From IMG/VR virus record IMGVR_UViG_3300012933_000135: 64,000 nucleotides of DNA; one strand, given 5' to 3'. Source of the stretch: an uncultured virus (IMG/VR IMGVR_UViG_3300012933_000135). Its lineage: Duplodnaviria > Heunggongvirae > Uroviricota > Caudoviricetes. Below, piece after piece: positions 48,275 to 58,583 of this stretch (position 1 is its first letter; every line of letters begins with the position of its first letter). Below the pieces are notes generated by a model, which was not told the origin of the DNA, did no database searches, and was given only the letters and a program-made list of their open reading frames with translations. The translations under genes and the position numbers were made by a program.

Positions 48275-51200
48275 TTAGCCTAGAATGAGGCTCCAGAAGT
48301 CCATGATATCTAAAACTTCTGCTAGTGGTGCTGCACCTAGCACACCGACAGCCGGTACCCATGTAGTACCATCATGAACTTCCATATATCCTAAAGTTGA
48401 GTTGAAGCGAGTTTCGCCTACTTCAGGAGTATCACGACGTTCTTCTGTTGTGCCGTAGGGCAATACAACAGCGCCTGTGCCTGCAAACTTTATGTAGCCG
48501 TTGCCAGTGCTGACTAAGTTGAGTGCAGTGTTAGTAGTATTTGTTATGTTGTTATCTTTAACAGGAATATTATTAAAATTAACAACACCTGTGCCAGTTG
48601 GTGTTAAAAATAAATCTGAGCCAGGAATACTATTATTAATCGTATTACCAGACACTACAAAACTTCCAACTTGTAATACCGGAGTTGTTAATACTGTGCT
48701 GGTAATTGTTGCTCTAACAGTACCATTAACTCCAAATCGCAAGGTATTATCATTCGCTCCTAGAGTCAATTCTGGAGTGATGTAAGTGTTTTTATCAACG
48801 TCATACAAATTGTTGAAACTTTCAGGACCTGTGTTCAAGTAGCCTTCATATGCTCCAGTTGTACTATTCTGTCTAATTTCTCCAGATGCTGATAATGTCT
48901 TAGTAGAGTTGTTACTGTAAGGCAGTGTCAACGATGTTACTGCATCTATTACAAGATTGCCGGTGCCGTTAGGACTAAAAATAATACTTTTTTGACTGTT
49001 AGTCGTTGCACTAGCCCACACGTTTGAAATAATATTATCAGTAATTTTTAATTTACTGTCAATGATTACCCCAGCAGTGCCAGTTGCAACAAACTGTAAA
49101 TCTGAGTTAGTTGATGTAGCAGATATTACCGCATTTTGCAGTTTAATGCTATTCACTTCAAAGTAAGAACTTGCGCCAGTGATGGCAATATTATTATTTC
49201 CAAACAACCCAATTACATTAGTATCACCTGTTTGTCCAATATCTCCGGTAAGGGTAGTCGTTCCAACAACTGTTAGACTTTGAGTAGATGATTCGCTGTT
49301 AAATCTAGTTTCACCGATAATAGTTAAATTGTTTGTTATTTCAACATCAGTATTTGAAATCTGAAGTTTGCCAGTGCCCGCAGCAACTAACTCTAAATCA
49401 GTATCAGTGGTAAGTGTCGAAATAGTATTGCTAGAAATGTCTATTACATCATCAACATTTAATGCTGTTACAAATGCTGTTCTCCATATTTTAGGAGTAA
49501 CACCAGTTGATCCTAAATTAAATCCTAGTGCATTAGGTGCAATTGTTTGAGTTAATTTAGGTGCGAATGATACTAGGTCTAACGGATTATCACCGATGTA
49601 GACATTACCGTCAACTGTTACATCGCCAGTAATTCCAATTGTACCAGTTAGATTAACATCGGTGTTTAAGAATGTTGAACCTGATTGTGCATAAATGCTA
49701 ACTGGGCCAGTAAGAGATACGATTGAGTTATCATAGATTCTAATATTGCCAGTCTGTATCGCAGCGGCATTTATAATAGTAGTACCCGATGGTCCTTCTA
49801 AAATAATTTCACCGTTGGCAGCAAAGTTGATATCTTGTGCGTCGAATATTACTCGGCCAGTTTCTTGATTAACGTAGAATACATCACCGATACGATAATC
49901 GCCCTTGTGATCCATGCTATCGTAAAACAGTTCGCCACCGTTGATTGCAACAATTTCATTACCTTGAATTACTAAGCTGCGGTCGTTTGTTGAGTCGCCA
50001 CCTGCACCGATATATCCAAAATTGTGTCCGACTAAGTAGCCTAATGTGTTAGCACCATCTGCAACTGCTCCATACGTTCCGTATACGTTTGCACTGTTAA
50101 TGCTTCGCATCTCTGCGCCAAACTTAACACCTAAACTTGCAAAGCCCAGTGTACCTGTGGTTAAGAAAATGCCGCGTTTTGCAAAGTATGTGAATGAGTT
50201 TAACCACTCAACTCGAACTCCGTTTAGTGCAGTAATACTGTCTTGGTTAGGAGTAATAAATGTTACAGCGTGAAATAATCCAGTAGCCTCATTGCTTGCT
50301 GAATTTACTACACTGCCGTCTAAATATGCTCCTGCTCCTGCATCACCTTGAATAAATCCTACAGGATCTTCTAAAGTTGTTACGCTGCCTCGAGTAATTA
50401 CAGTTATGTTAAAAACATATGGACTACGAGAAGTTACTTGCATGTTGGTAGCAAACTTAAATGCATAACCGGTATTGTTTACTGCATCAAAGAAGTAGTT
50501 TTTAATTGTTAAAAACGATACAGTAGTTTCGCCGTTTAACAAGAAACAATCTTTATTATTAGTTGCAACAGTTGGGTAGATTGCTACTGAGCGAATTCCT
50601 GTTCCACGTACACTAACTCCTTGAGGAATAGTTAACGGAAAGATTTCTTCGTACTCACCTGGAAATATTACAATTTCATCGCCAGATTGTGCTACTGACA
50701 ATGCATGTTTCAATGTTCTAAAAGTAGAATGTAAGTGATCGCCATAGTTAGCATCGCTACCATTTACACTTACATAGATAGTATTCCCTTGAGTAGTTAA
50801 TAGATCAATGTCATTAACTATTAGGCTAGGTGAAACAATGTTAGTAGCAGAAACTTCTTCAGCGTATAAAGTGCTCCATACTTTTGAAGGAGAACCTAAG
50901 TTTGAGCTATTATCTACGTCCGGAACAAGACTGCTAGTAAATTCTGCTTCAAACGAGATACTGTCAGTAGTGGCATTACCGATAGTAAGATTACCGTCCC
51001 AAGTAATGTTTCCTGTAGCATGTAAGTTGCCCAGTACATTTACTTTTTCTGTATAAAATACAACACGGCCGCCAGTGTCGGCAGTTAGTTCAATATGGGT
51101 ATCAGGATCAAGTGCAGAAATTGAACGTTGTTCAAACTTTAATTCATCAGTACGTAGTTCGTTAATTACAACTGTTGGATCAGATAATTGATCCGGCGTA

Positions 51201-51466
51201 ATGTAAATTTTACCTGCAGGATTTTGTAAACGATTTGAAACAAATGTAAAATCTGCAATGTCTGCTTGAGTGTCTACTACTACGTTAGTAGTGAGAGCAG
51301 AGTTGTTTATTGCAAGAGTCCTAGTCGGGCTGTCGGTTTTAATACCGATGCGACCAGTGTTTACGTCTAAGTAAAGGAGATCAGTTTCGAATGCTAAGTC
51401 AGTACCGTGGCGCAGCAAATTTGCCGACAGCAACGGACCGCTAATTCTACCTAGTTCTATTCCCAT
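48275..51466 (-). CDS. Tail fibre protein (1063 aa), paralogue of 43869-48155
   Basis: Shares GRISGPLL.ANLLR.G.DLAFETDLLYLDV, FLLNGETTV, RSPYV and NGVRVEWLNSFTYFA, but lacks the LamG insertion. TATAAATA at 51485-51492. Confidence 0.85.
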   Translation of the reverse strand: MGIELGRISGPLLSANLLRHGTDLAFETDLLYLDVNTGRIGIKTDSPTRTLAINNSALTTNVVVDTQADIADFTFVSNRLQNPAGKIYITPDQLSDPTVVINELRTDELKFEQRSISALDPDTHIELTADTGGRVVFYTEKVNVLGNLHATGNITWDGNLTIGNATTDSISFEAEFTSSLVPDVDNSSNLGSPSKVWSTLYAEEVSATNIVSPSLIVNDIDLLTTQGNTIYVSVNGSDANYGDHLHSTFRTLKHALSVAQSGDEIVIFPGEYEEIFPLTIPQGVSVRGTGIRSVAIYPTVATNNKDCFLLNGETTVSFLTIKNYFFDAVNNTGYAFKFATNMQVTSRSPYVFNITVITRGSVTTLEDPVGFIQGDAGAGAYLDGSVVNSASNEATGLFHAVTFITPNQDSITALNGVRVEWLNSFTYFAKRGIFLTTGTLGFASLGVKFGAEMRSINSANVYGTYGAVADGANTLGYLVGHNFGYIGAGGDSTNDRSLVIQGNEIVAINGGELFYDSMDHKGDYRIGDVFYVNQETGRVIFDAQDINFAANGEIILEGPSGTTIINAAAIQTGNIRIYDNSIVSLTGPVSIYAQSGSTFLNTDVNLTGTIGITGDVTVDGNVYIGDNPLDLVSFAPKLTQTIAPNALGFNLGSTGVTPKIWRTAFVTALNVDDVIDISSNTISTLTTDTDLELVAAGTGKLQISNTDVEITNNLTIIGETRFNSESSTQSLTVVGTTTLTGDIGQTGDTNVIGLFGNNNIAITGASSYFEVNSIKLQNAVISATSTNSDLQFVATGTAGVIIDSKLKITDNIISNVWASATTNSQKSIIFSPNGTGNLVIDAVTSLTLPYSNNSTKTLSASGEIRQNSTTGAYEGYLNTGPESFNNLYDVDKNTYITPELTLGANDNTLRFGVNGTVRATITSTVLTTPVLQVGSFVVSGNTINNSIPGSDLFLTPTGTGVVNFNNIPVKDNNITNTTNTALNLVSTGNGYIKFAGTGAVVLPYGTTEERRDTPEVGETRFNSTLGYMEVHDGTTWVPAVGVLGAAPLAEVLDIMDFWSLILG

Positions 51467-51501
51467 AATCTCGCCCTCTTCTAGTATTTATAGGGCTAAG
51501 A

Positions 51502-52236
51502 TTATTTGTCAAATCCGAGAAGTGCAGTAATTCGTTTTCCAATCATGCTTGAATAAACAGGATCAGATGTAAAGTTTAAGTAGTAGCCAACTGGAGATGT
51601 AAATGTAATTGCATGACCAGAAAGGATATTACCACCAGACACCGCTTTATCAAGAGATACTGTTGTTGAGTCTACTACTGTAGCAATGGTATTAGCTTGA
51701 AAGTAAGGAGAACCTGATACAACTGATCCAGTTGGAATTGTTACAGTAGATGAAAATGTTAGTATAGTTGCGCCAGCATTTGCGTCAGCAGTTAATGCAA
51801 CACCTGCTGTTGGGTTCTGTGTAACTGTATAGTTTGTTCCAGAAATTTGAAACACGTTTTCTACAAACACTAATACGTTTTGTCCACCAAAGTTATCGTT
51901 GTTACTAGATACGTTAGTTGGATTGTATGCTGCATTCAACGGGCCATAAAAATAACTATAGCCGTCAATTGCTCCTAAATCTTGTTGTACGATCTTACTT
52001 GATTCTTTAAATTGTAATGCTCTCCAGCTGCTAGCTTGGTAAGCTTCTAATTCGTTAGTTGTTTCATTGTAACGAATCATGCCGTTAACAGGAGATGAAG
52101 GAGTTTGTCCACTAGTACCTTTAGGTAATAGTAGTGAGTGTGTTGTGTTCATCACAACGCCGCTAGTCATATCAACATAAAGACGCTGATCTGACGGGCT
52201 TCTGCGATTAAGAACTTGTTGGCGTAGATATCTCAT
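51502..52236 (-). CDS. Virion structural / baseplate-associated protein
   Basis: SLLLPKG...GMIRYN motif shared with the fibre proteins, plus NVLVFVENVFQ. Confidence 0.7.
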   Translation of the reverse strand: MRYLRQQVLNRRSPSDQRLYVDMTSGVVMNTTHSLLLPKGTSGQTPSSPVNGMIRYNETTNELEAYQASSWRALQFKESSKIVQQDLGAIDGYSYFYGPLNAAYNPTNVSSNNDNFGGQNVLVFVENVFQISGTNYTVTQNPTAGVALTADANAGATILTFSSTVTIPTGSVVSGSPYFQANTIATVVDSTTVSLDKAVSGGNILSGHAITFTSPVGYYLNFTSDPVYSSMIGKRITALLGFDK

Positions 52237-52322
52237 TATACTGGTAGTGTACTTACGGTAACTGAAAGATTTGCTGGAGAAGCACTGAATGCAACAAGTC
52301 TGTCGCCGTTGCTTAGAACCAT
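52236..52322 (-). CDS. 3' fragment of a small beta-rich virion protein (truncated by the gap)
   Basis: VLSNGDRLVAFSASPANLSVTVSTLPV* resembles the C-termini of the 106- and 109-aa proteins. Confidence 0.5.
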   Translation of the reverse strand: MVLSNGDRLVAFSASPANLSVTVSTLPV

Positions 52323-53114
52323 NNNNNNNNNNNNNNNNNNNNNNNNNNNNNNNNNNNNNNNNNNNNNNNNNNNNNNNNNNNNNNNNNNNNNNNNNNNNNN
52401 NNNNNNNNNNNNNNNNNNNNNNNNNNNNNNNNNNNNNNNNNNNNNNNNNNNNNNNNNNNNNNNNNNNNNNNNNNNNNNNNNNNNNNNNNNNNNNNNNNNN
52501 NNNNNNNNNNNNNNNNNNNNNNNNNNNNNNNNNNNNNNNNNNNNNNNNNNNNNNNNNNNNNNNNNNNNNNNNNNNNNNNNNNNNNNNNNNNNNNNNNNNN
52601 NNNNNNNNNNNNNNNNNNNNNNNNNNNNNNNNNNNNNNNNNNNNNNNNNNNNNNNNNNNNNNNNNNNNNNNNNNNNNNNNNNNNNNNNNNNNNNNNNNNN
52701 NNNNNNNNNNNNNNNNNNNNNNNNNNNNNNNNNNNNNNNNNNNNNNNNNNNNNNNNNNNNNNNNNNNNNNNNNNNNNNNNNNNNNNNNNNNNNNNNNNNN
52801 NNNNNNNNNNNNNNNNNNNNNNNNNNNNNNNNNNNNNNNNNNNNNNNNNNNNNNNNNNNNNNNNNNNNNNNNNNNNNNNNNNNNNNNNNNNNNNNNNNNN
52901 NNNNNNNNNNNNNNNNNNNNNNNNNNNNNNNNNNNNNNNNNNNNNNNNNNNNNNNNNNNNNNNNNNNNNNNNNNNNNNNNNNNNNNNNNNNNNNNNNNNN
53001 NNNNNNNNNNNNNNNNNNNNNNNNNNNNNNNNNNNNNNNNNNNNNNNNNNNNNNNNNNNNNNNNNNNNNNNNNNNNNNNNNNNNNNNNNNNNNNNNNNNN
53101 NNNNNNNNNNNNNN
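52323..53114. other. Assembly gap (792 N)
   Basis: Run of N. Confidence 1.
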
Positions 53115-53558
53115 GTGATAGTTATTTGTACCAGTTACTGTTACTAATCCTGTGCCTTCGTTGATTAAGTTTAAATCAACGCCGCCTGTTCGAATGCTAT
53201 TAGTTCTAAGTCCAAGAAAACCGCCTGCTGCATCTTTCAAAACAAATGTGCCATAGTCCTCGTCAAACAACAACTGTGCGTCAGAAAAACTGCCGCGATC
53301 TATTTGAATACCAGAAGTGTTTAGCGTAATGCCTGGGCCGCCTTCACCTGAGTTCAAATAGATAATATTATCTTTAATTGTTACAGTTTCAGATGCTACT
53401 GTAGTTGTGTTGCCAAGAACTGTTAAGTCGCCGGTTACAATAACTTTACCAACTTGATTACCTGTATCAAGTGTAATTGTTGGGGTACTTTGCGTTGCCG
53501 TAGGTGCGCTTACAATAATTCTGTAATCACCGTTGTTAACTTTTAAAATTCTTGTCAT
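53115..53558 (-). CDS. 5' part of a fibre-like structural protein (truncated by the gap)
   Basis: VTGDLTVLGNTTTV.S..VTIKDNII.LN and SGIQIDRG fibre motifs. AAGGA RBS. Confidence 0.7.
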
Positions 53559-53572
53559 TTGATGTCCTTAGT

Positions 53573-53590
53573 CGGGGACCGAAGTCCCCG
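53573..53590 (-). promoter_or_regulatory. cUUCGg hairpin without a U-tract (mRNA stabiliser or weak terminator)
   Basis: CGGGGAC-TTCG-GTCCCCG immediately before the next gene's RBS. Confidence 0.6.
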
Positions 53591-53598
53591 TTTACTAA

Positions 53599-54570
53599 TT
53601 AAGCGTTAGCAATTTTGCAAATTGTTGCAGTAGCAGTACCAAATGTCCACTGAACGGCTGCGCCGTCTGCATATACTGTTCCAGTTCCACGCTTCAAAGT
53701 TGCTTTGTGAGCTGTTAGCTTTGTAACATAATATGTACCATCAGCTGCGTCTGTAGCAAGAATACTACCTTCGCCTGCTGCGTCTGCTTCAGTTGCTGTT
53801 AATGCTACAATACCAGTACGTGTTCCGTCTGTTACTTTATAACGACGTGTAGATACTTGACGAATAATATCAACTTCAGTAGCTGAGCCGCCTGTCAAGA
53901 ATGCTGTCATACGGATAGCATTTTCTTGGTTAGTAGTTGCTCCAACGTTACCAGAGTCAACTAACATAACTGCATCGTTTAGACTTGGTGTTGTTTGACC
54001 TGTAAATGTATGTCCACCCCATGTCAATGCTGGAGCTGAAACATAACCGGAACCTGGCTCAGTAACTTCAATACTCTTAACTCGATATGTTACTGTGATT
54101 TGTAAGTCTGTGCCTGCGTTAGGTGCTTGTAGTACTTGATGTGAAGTAATACCTGTACCGTCAAAGTCGCCACGGCGGAATTCTCCACGGTTGCCGCCAA
54201 CTAAGTCAACTGATGTAACTTTGCTGTCAGTTTCAACAATACGAACAACTGCGCCGCCACCTAAACCAGTAATGCTAGTTGAAAGGCCTGCTAGGTAATC
54301 TCCGTCAGTTTGACCGCCTGATGCGAATGTAACTGTATCAATTTCAAATACTGGTGTAAGCAATGCGCGAACACCACCTGGTAGCGTCGGAGCGGCTGCT
54401 GTTAGTGTTGGAAAGTTTTTGTATGTGTTAGTAACTACAAAACTACCTTCGCCCCCTTCAGGGTTAGTAACTGATGCTACTGCTCCACCACCAATTCTGT
54501 TGTCAGCGGTTGTGCTAGCGGAACCTGTATTGCGGTTACCAAAATATTTTTTATTTAAAGGACGTCCCAT
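53599..54570 (-). CDS. Hypothetical virion protein (possible head decoration protein)
   Basis: 323 aa, Thr/Gly-rich. Lies directly downstream of gp23 with its own late promoter and a strong AAGGAG RBS. Confidence 0.65.
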   Translation of the reverse strand: MGRPLNKKYFGNRNTGSASTTADNRIGGGAVASVTNPEGGEGSFVVTNTYKNFPTLTAAAPTLPGGVRALLTPVFEIDTVTFASGGQTDGDYLAGLSTSITGLGGGAVVRIVETDSKVTSVDLVGGNRGEFRRGDFDGTGITSHQVLQAPNAGTDLQITVTYRVKSIEVTEPGSGYVSAPALTWGGHTFTGQTTPSLNDAVMLVDSGNVGATTNQENAIRMTAFLTGGSATEVDIIRQVSTRRYKVTDGTRTGIVALTATEADAAGEGSILATDAADGTYYVTKLTAHKATLKRGTGTVYADGAAVQWTFGTATATICKIANA

Positions 54571-54591
54571 TTTATTTTCTCCTTAAGAAAG

Positions 54592-54664
54592 ATAGCGTTC
54601 TAGGCTATACGCGGTTGGATTTCCGCATAAAATTCACCCAATGTGAATTATACAAAGTATTTAT
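54592..54664 (-). promoter_or_regulatory. Late promoter plus triple-hairpin 5' leader
   Basis: ATAAATA at 54658-54664, then AATTCAC/GTGAATT, TATGCGG/CCGCGTA and ATAGC/GCTAT stems. Confidence 0.55.
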
Positions 54665-54675
54665 CTGATCAAGAG

Positions 54676-54697
54676 AAAGGGCTCCGAAGAGCCCTTT
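54676..54697 (-). terminator. Rho-independent terminator after the major capsid gene
   Basis: AAAGGGCTC-TTCG-GAGCCCTTT followed by CTCTT. Confidence 0.85.
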
Positions 54698-54721
54698 ATA
54701 GTTTTAACCTCTAAGGGTTGA

Positions 54722-55885
54722 TTAACTAAACTTAACGTTACCGCTAGTAATAGCAACCTTGCTTAGGTAGTCAGCAGCATTACCCAATGAAGATGCTGTG
54801 TTTGACAACTCAACATATCCATAACGAGTCATGAATGAAACTACTGGTTCGAATGTTGATGGATCCAATACAACACCACTGCTCATCAATGGAATGTATG
54901 GGCAATAGAATGCAGGAGCATCAGATTCGCTAGCACCTTTGTAACCAACTAGAACGTCGGCGCTGTCTTGTGCATAGCTGTTTACATACACTTTCATTGC
55001 ACTGTTTAGAGTACCAACGAACTTTGTGTTTGTAGGAGCTTCGAATGTACCTTCTGTAGTACGTGCAAATGCCGAAGTAGTTGCAGACTGTAGAATTGTT
55101 AGTGCGAATGGGCTAACAACGGCGTAGTTACCAGCACCACGACGTGTACGTTGAGCAATCAAGTTGCTCACGCGGTTGATTTGAACAGCAAGAGCTGCGT
55201 GTTCGTCACCAACGAATGTTGCTGTACCAGAAACAGCAGCTTGGTCATAAGTTTGACCAACTGAAGCTAATGATAGCAATGAACCGATAATTTCTTGATC
55301 GATTTCAGCAGTGATTTCTTGAGCAAGAGCAGCCATGATTTCTGCTTCAACGTCAATACCTTGTTGGGCTTGTGCGTCTTGAGCAGCTTCGAATGTCCAA
55401 CGTGCTGATAGCTTACGTGTGCGAGCTTCAACAGTTTGCTTCAAGATTTGAATTGACATACGCTTACCTGCTGCACCTTCTAGAGTTGCAGTAGAAACAG
55501 CTTTACCTGTCGAGTCTGCTGAATAACCTTCAGCAATCTTGAACGGGCTTAATGCCTCTTCACCAGCAGTTACGCCAGCATTGCTTGAGTTATCTGCATA
55601 ACGTACACGCAATGTATGGATTTGACCAACTGGTCCAGTCATTGGTTGTACGCCAACCAATTCGTTTGCAATGACCGTAGGCATTACACGTCTAATCACT
55701 GGAAGGATTACACGATTTAGTGTTGCAACGTTACCGGCAGAAGTAGCACCAGCGGTTGAACTTTCAGACAAATACTTGCGAGTATTTTCCAAAGTTACAG
55801 CCATTACTGATTTTTTAGTCCCTTGTAGGCCTTCCAAAAGTGCTTCTTTAGTTTCTGCCCAACGGCCGTTTAGTAGTTCTGACAT
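54722..55885 (-). CDS. gp23: Major capsid protein
   Basis: RRVMPTVIANELVGVQPMTGPVGQI, VEARTRKLSARWT.EAAQD, EITAEIDQEI, RRGAGN, GYKG, FYCPYIPL and MTRYG. Confidence 0.98.
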   Translation of the reverse strand: MSELLNGRWAETKEALLEGLQGTKKSVMAVTLENTRKYLSESSTAGATSAGNVATLNRVILPVIRRVMPTVIANELVGVQPMTGPVGQIHTLRVRYADNSSNAGVTAGEEALSPFKIAEGYSADSTGKAVSTATLEGAAGKRMSIQILKQTVEARTRKLSARWTFEAAQDAQAQQGIDVEAEIMAALAQEITAEIDQEIIGSLLSLASVGQTYDQAAVSGTATFVGDEHAALAVQINRVSNLIAQRTRRGAGNYAVVSPFALTILQSATTSAFARTTEGTFEAPTNTKFVGTLNSAMKVYVNSYAQDSADVLVGYKGASESDAPAFYCPYIPLMSSGVVLDPSTFEPVVSFMTRYGYVELSNTASSLGNAADYLSKVAITSGNVKFS

Positions 55886-55896
55886 TTAAATTCTCC

Positions 55897-56991
55897 TTAA
55901 ATTTTTAGTCCAGCAAGGCGACGAATATCAACGATGTTATGGTCGTTCTCGCTGCTACGAATGCTGTTGGAAACTTTGTTTCCCGTAATTTCTTTTGCCT
56001 CTACAAGTGCCTGTTTCTTCTGCGGAGTTTTACCTTCTATTACAGCCGGTAGATACTTATTAAAACTTTCATTAAGTTTAACAGTTTTCACACTCTCCAT
56101 TAATTCACCCATGATCTCGCGTTGTTCCTTGTTTAAAGGAGCAAGTAGTTCACTCATGATTTTTGTTCTTTCCTGAGCTTCTTTCAAAGCGCGGATTTCT
56201 GCTTCTTTACTTTCTAATACTTTTTGTGCAGACTCAGCAACAGCTTGCGCTTGTTGTGTTTCTACAGCTTTCATGTCTATGACTTTGAGTAATTTTGCAG
56301 TTTCTGATTTTTCGTTCAAGTAACTAGCTTGGAATTCAGAAGCATAAGCTTCAAAAATCTTACGGCCAAAGTCTGCTCTACGAGCTGCATCGATGTCTTC
56401 TTTCAATGAAGTGATCTCAGAACTTAATGTCTGATTCACAACACCTTCAACCATCTGTGCTGCACGTTGTACAAACTTCTCTTTTACTTTCGCGATTTGT
56501 TCACGACCTTCTCTAACCAAGCGTACCTTGGTTTCAGCTAAATCTTGTTTATCTTTGTAAAACTCTACGATTTCTTGAGCCAATGCTTCTACTACAAATT
56601 GCTCGAGTTTGCCAAATTTACTTGCCATTGCTTTCTGATCTTCATGCAACTCAGCTACTTCCGAAGCTAATTGGCGTGTTACGAATTCCTTCATAATGCC
56701 TGCATTCTTTTGTACACTCATAGCATATTTGACTTTCATCTCAGCTAATTGTTTACGATCATCTGCAAATTCTACGATTTCAGCAGCTAATTGATCTGAC
56801 AACATTTTGTCGACAGCTTCAATCATAACTGATTTATCGTGTTCGTATTTTTGTGCAAATTCTTCGCGCAGTTGTTGAGTTACTTCAGTACGAGCTTCGT
56901 TGATACGAGTTTCGTATGCAGTCTCAATAGACGCTTTGATCTCTTCAGAAATCACATTGTTTTCAAATAACGATTTTAGTGCTTCCAACAT
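55897..56991 (-). CDS. gp22: Prohead core scaffold protein
   Basis: 364-aa Glu/Lys-rich coiled coil between the protease and capsid genes. Contains GRKIFEAY. Confidence 0.85.
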   Translation of the reverse strand: MLEALKSLFENNVISEEIKASIETAYETRINEARTEVTQQLREEFAQKYEHDKSVMIEAVDKMLSDQLAAEIVEFADDRKQLAEMKVKYAMSVQKNAGIMKEFVTRQLASEVAELHEDQKAMASKFGKLEQFVVEALAQEIVEFYKDKQDLAETKVRLVREGREQIAKVKEKFVQRAAQMVEGVVNQTLSSEITSLKEDIDAARRADFGRKIFEAYASEFQASYLNEKSETAKLLKVIDMKAVETQQAQAVAESAQKVLESKEAEIRALKEAQERTKIMSELLAPLNKEQREIMGELMESVKTVKLNESFNKYLPAVIEGKTPQKKQALVEAKEITGNKVSNSIRSSENDHNIVDIRRLAGLKI

Positions 56992-57004
56992 GTGATTCTC
57001 CTCT

Positions 57005-57631
57005 TTATTGGAGTTTGTTTATTATTGCTAATAAACTCTCTTTGAGATATTGCTGTGCCTTAGGATCACCCCTTACCTCTTCCGCTATACGCAAGCTTCT
57101 AAGTCCGCCCTTATTATTCATAAGGTGTTCATAGATCGGTGTAGGATATGCTCCAGGAGCACTAGGTTGAGCCACCATATCTACCGTGATGATCTCAAAA
57201 TCTGATACTTCACCGGAACCGTCATCTCTGACGTTTCCAGATCCGCGTGACGAAACACCTAACTTAACTCCGCTTTCCAGCATTGTACGAATTAGTTGTC
57301 CCATAGGGGTTGGTAAAATTTTCAGTTTACCGTAACCATTTGGGCCGTCCATCCACATATTAACAATCATATGCGATACACGGTCCAGGTTAATTTTTAG
57401 ATCATCTGGATGATCTACTTCTCCGAGAACTGAATAACCGTTCTGAATCTGATCGTTAAGGGTCTTAACAGCCTTGCCAATCTCATTAACAGGGTAAACA
57501 CGCTGGTTAGCGTTACGAATACCGCCCTGGATACAAATCCCGGACATGTATAGGTTCTTACCTTCTTTGTCATCAGATTCAACGACGATTTTCGCTTCGT
57601 TGAAACTTAAATTTTCTCGGAGGTGTAACAT
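57005..57631 (-). CDS. gp21: Prohead maturation protease
   Basis: RNANQRVYP, GEVDHP, RVSH, TPMG, LGVSSRGSG and DMVAQPSAPGA. Confidence 0.96.
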   Translation of the reverse strand: MLHLRENLSFNEAKIVVESDDKEGKNLYMSGICIQGGIRNANQRVYPVNEIGKAVKTLNDQIQNGYSVLGEVDHPDDLKINLDRVSHMIVNMWMDGPNGYGKLKILPTPMGQLIRTMLESGVKLGVSSRGSGNVRDDGSGEVSDFEIITVDMVAQPSAPGAYPTPIYEHLMNNKGGLRSLRIAEEVRGDPKAQQYLKESLLAIINKLQ

Positions 57632-57648
57632 TATCTTATAATCCCGGA

Positions 57649-58467
57649 TTAGCCGCGGCTACCGATAATGCTCTTCTTGTTGTCAGCGGACTCACCTGAG
57701 CCTTTCTTTTCAGCTCCGTGACCTGCTTCTTTCTTCTTGAACGCTGTCTTACCTGCGTTGCCGCCTGGTACGTTAACGTTGCCAAAGTTTTCTTCTTTGC
57801 TAGATGGATTAGCTAAACCACCTTGTGTGCCGCCCTTCTCTGTTGAGAATGACTTAGCGATGTTAGCAGATGTACCACCCATTCTGTTTGGCTTAGCCAT
57901 TACAGACTTAGTGTTAACACCGTTGTCACCGTGCTTTGGTAGTGCAACTTTGTCAACGTATTCAAACATTTGGCCCATGCCTTCGTCTTCTACGTCACCC
58001 ATGAAGTCGTCAGTAGCATCGCCACCAAACTCATCACCGCCCATGTCGTCACCGCCCATGTCGTCGCCACCAGCCATTAGCTGTTCAAATTCTGCTTTTA
58101 ATTCTTCTAAAGCGTCTTCTAGGTCTAAGATGCGATCAGTCTGTTCGCCGTCGTCCATCTCTTCCCCGCCTTCTTCTTCGCCGCCAAATTCGTCGTCACC
58201 GCCGAATTCATCGTCGCCTTCACCTTCTTCGTCGCCAGCTGGTTCTTCTTCACCACCTTCGTCGTCTCCGAAAGCTTCAACAGTTTCCTCTTCTTCTTCA
58301 GCGGCTTCTGTTGTTTCTTCTTCTTGTTCAAAGTCAGACTCTAAAAGGCTTTCATAGATATCACGTGATTTTTCAACAACGATATCGTGAAAGATTTCTT
58401 TCGCTTTGTCTGTTTCTTCATTAATTAGTGCCTCGAGCATTTGCTCGAACTTATTGCGATCAGTCAT
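57649..58467 (-). CDS. Highly acidic prohead core protein (gp67/gp68 position)
   Basis: Asp/Glu/Gly low-complexity centre (GGDDM, GGDDEF repeats) with a basic C-terminus. Lies between portal and protease. Confidence 0.65.
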   Translation of the reverse strand: MTDRNKFEQMLEALINEETDKAKEIFHDIVVEKSRDIYESLLESDFEQEEETTEAAEEEEETVEAFGDDEGGEEEPAGDEEGEGDDEFGGDDEFGGEEEGGEEMDDGEQTDRILDLEDALEELKAEFEQLMAGGDDMGGDDMGGDEFGGDATDDFMGDVEDEGMGQMFEYVDKVALPKHGDNGVNTKSVMAKPNRMGGTSANIAKSFSTEKGGTQGGLANPSSKEENFGNVNVPGGNAGKTAFKKKEAGHGAEKKGSGESADNKKSIIGSRG

Positions 58468-58583
58468 GTTTGTCTCCTGTTGTTTTGTTACAAGGCTGTA
58501 GTATATTTACACTTAAATAAAAATTTAGTGCTAATATAGAAGAAAAACGCCATGTTTTGACGTTTTTCTCAGTTTAATAAAAG

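Noticed and set aside
52236..53558. 440-aa ORF (and the 291- and 269-aa plus-strand ORFs) spanning the N run
   Set aside because: Artefacts of translating N. The flanks resemble two different protein types, so there are probably at least two genes.
58030..58220. Short tandem repeats (TCACCGCCCATGTCG twice and related units) as a CRISPR or mini-array
   Set aside because: In-frame coding repeats (GGDDM, GGDDEF) of the acidic core protein, with no spacers or cas genes.
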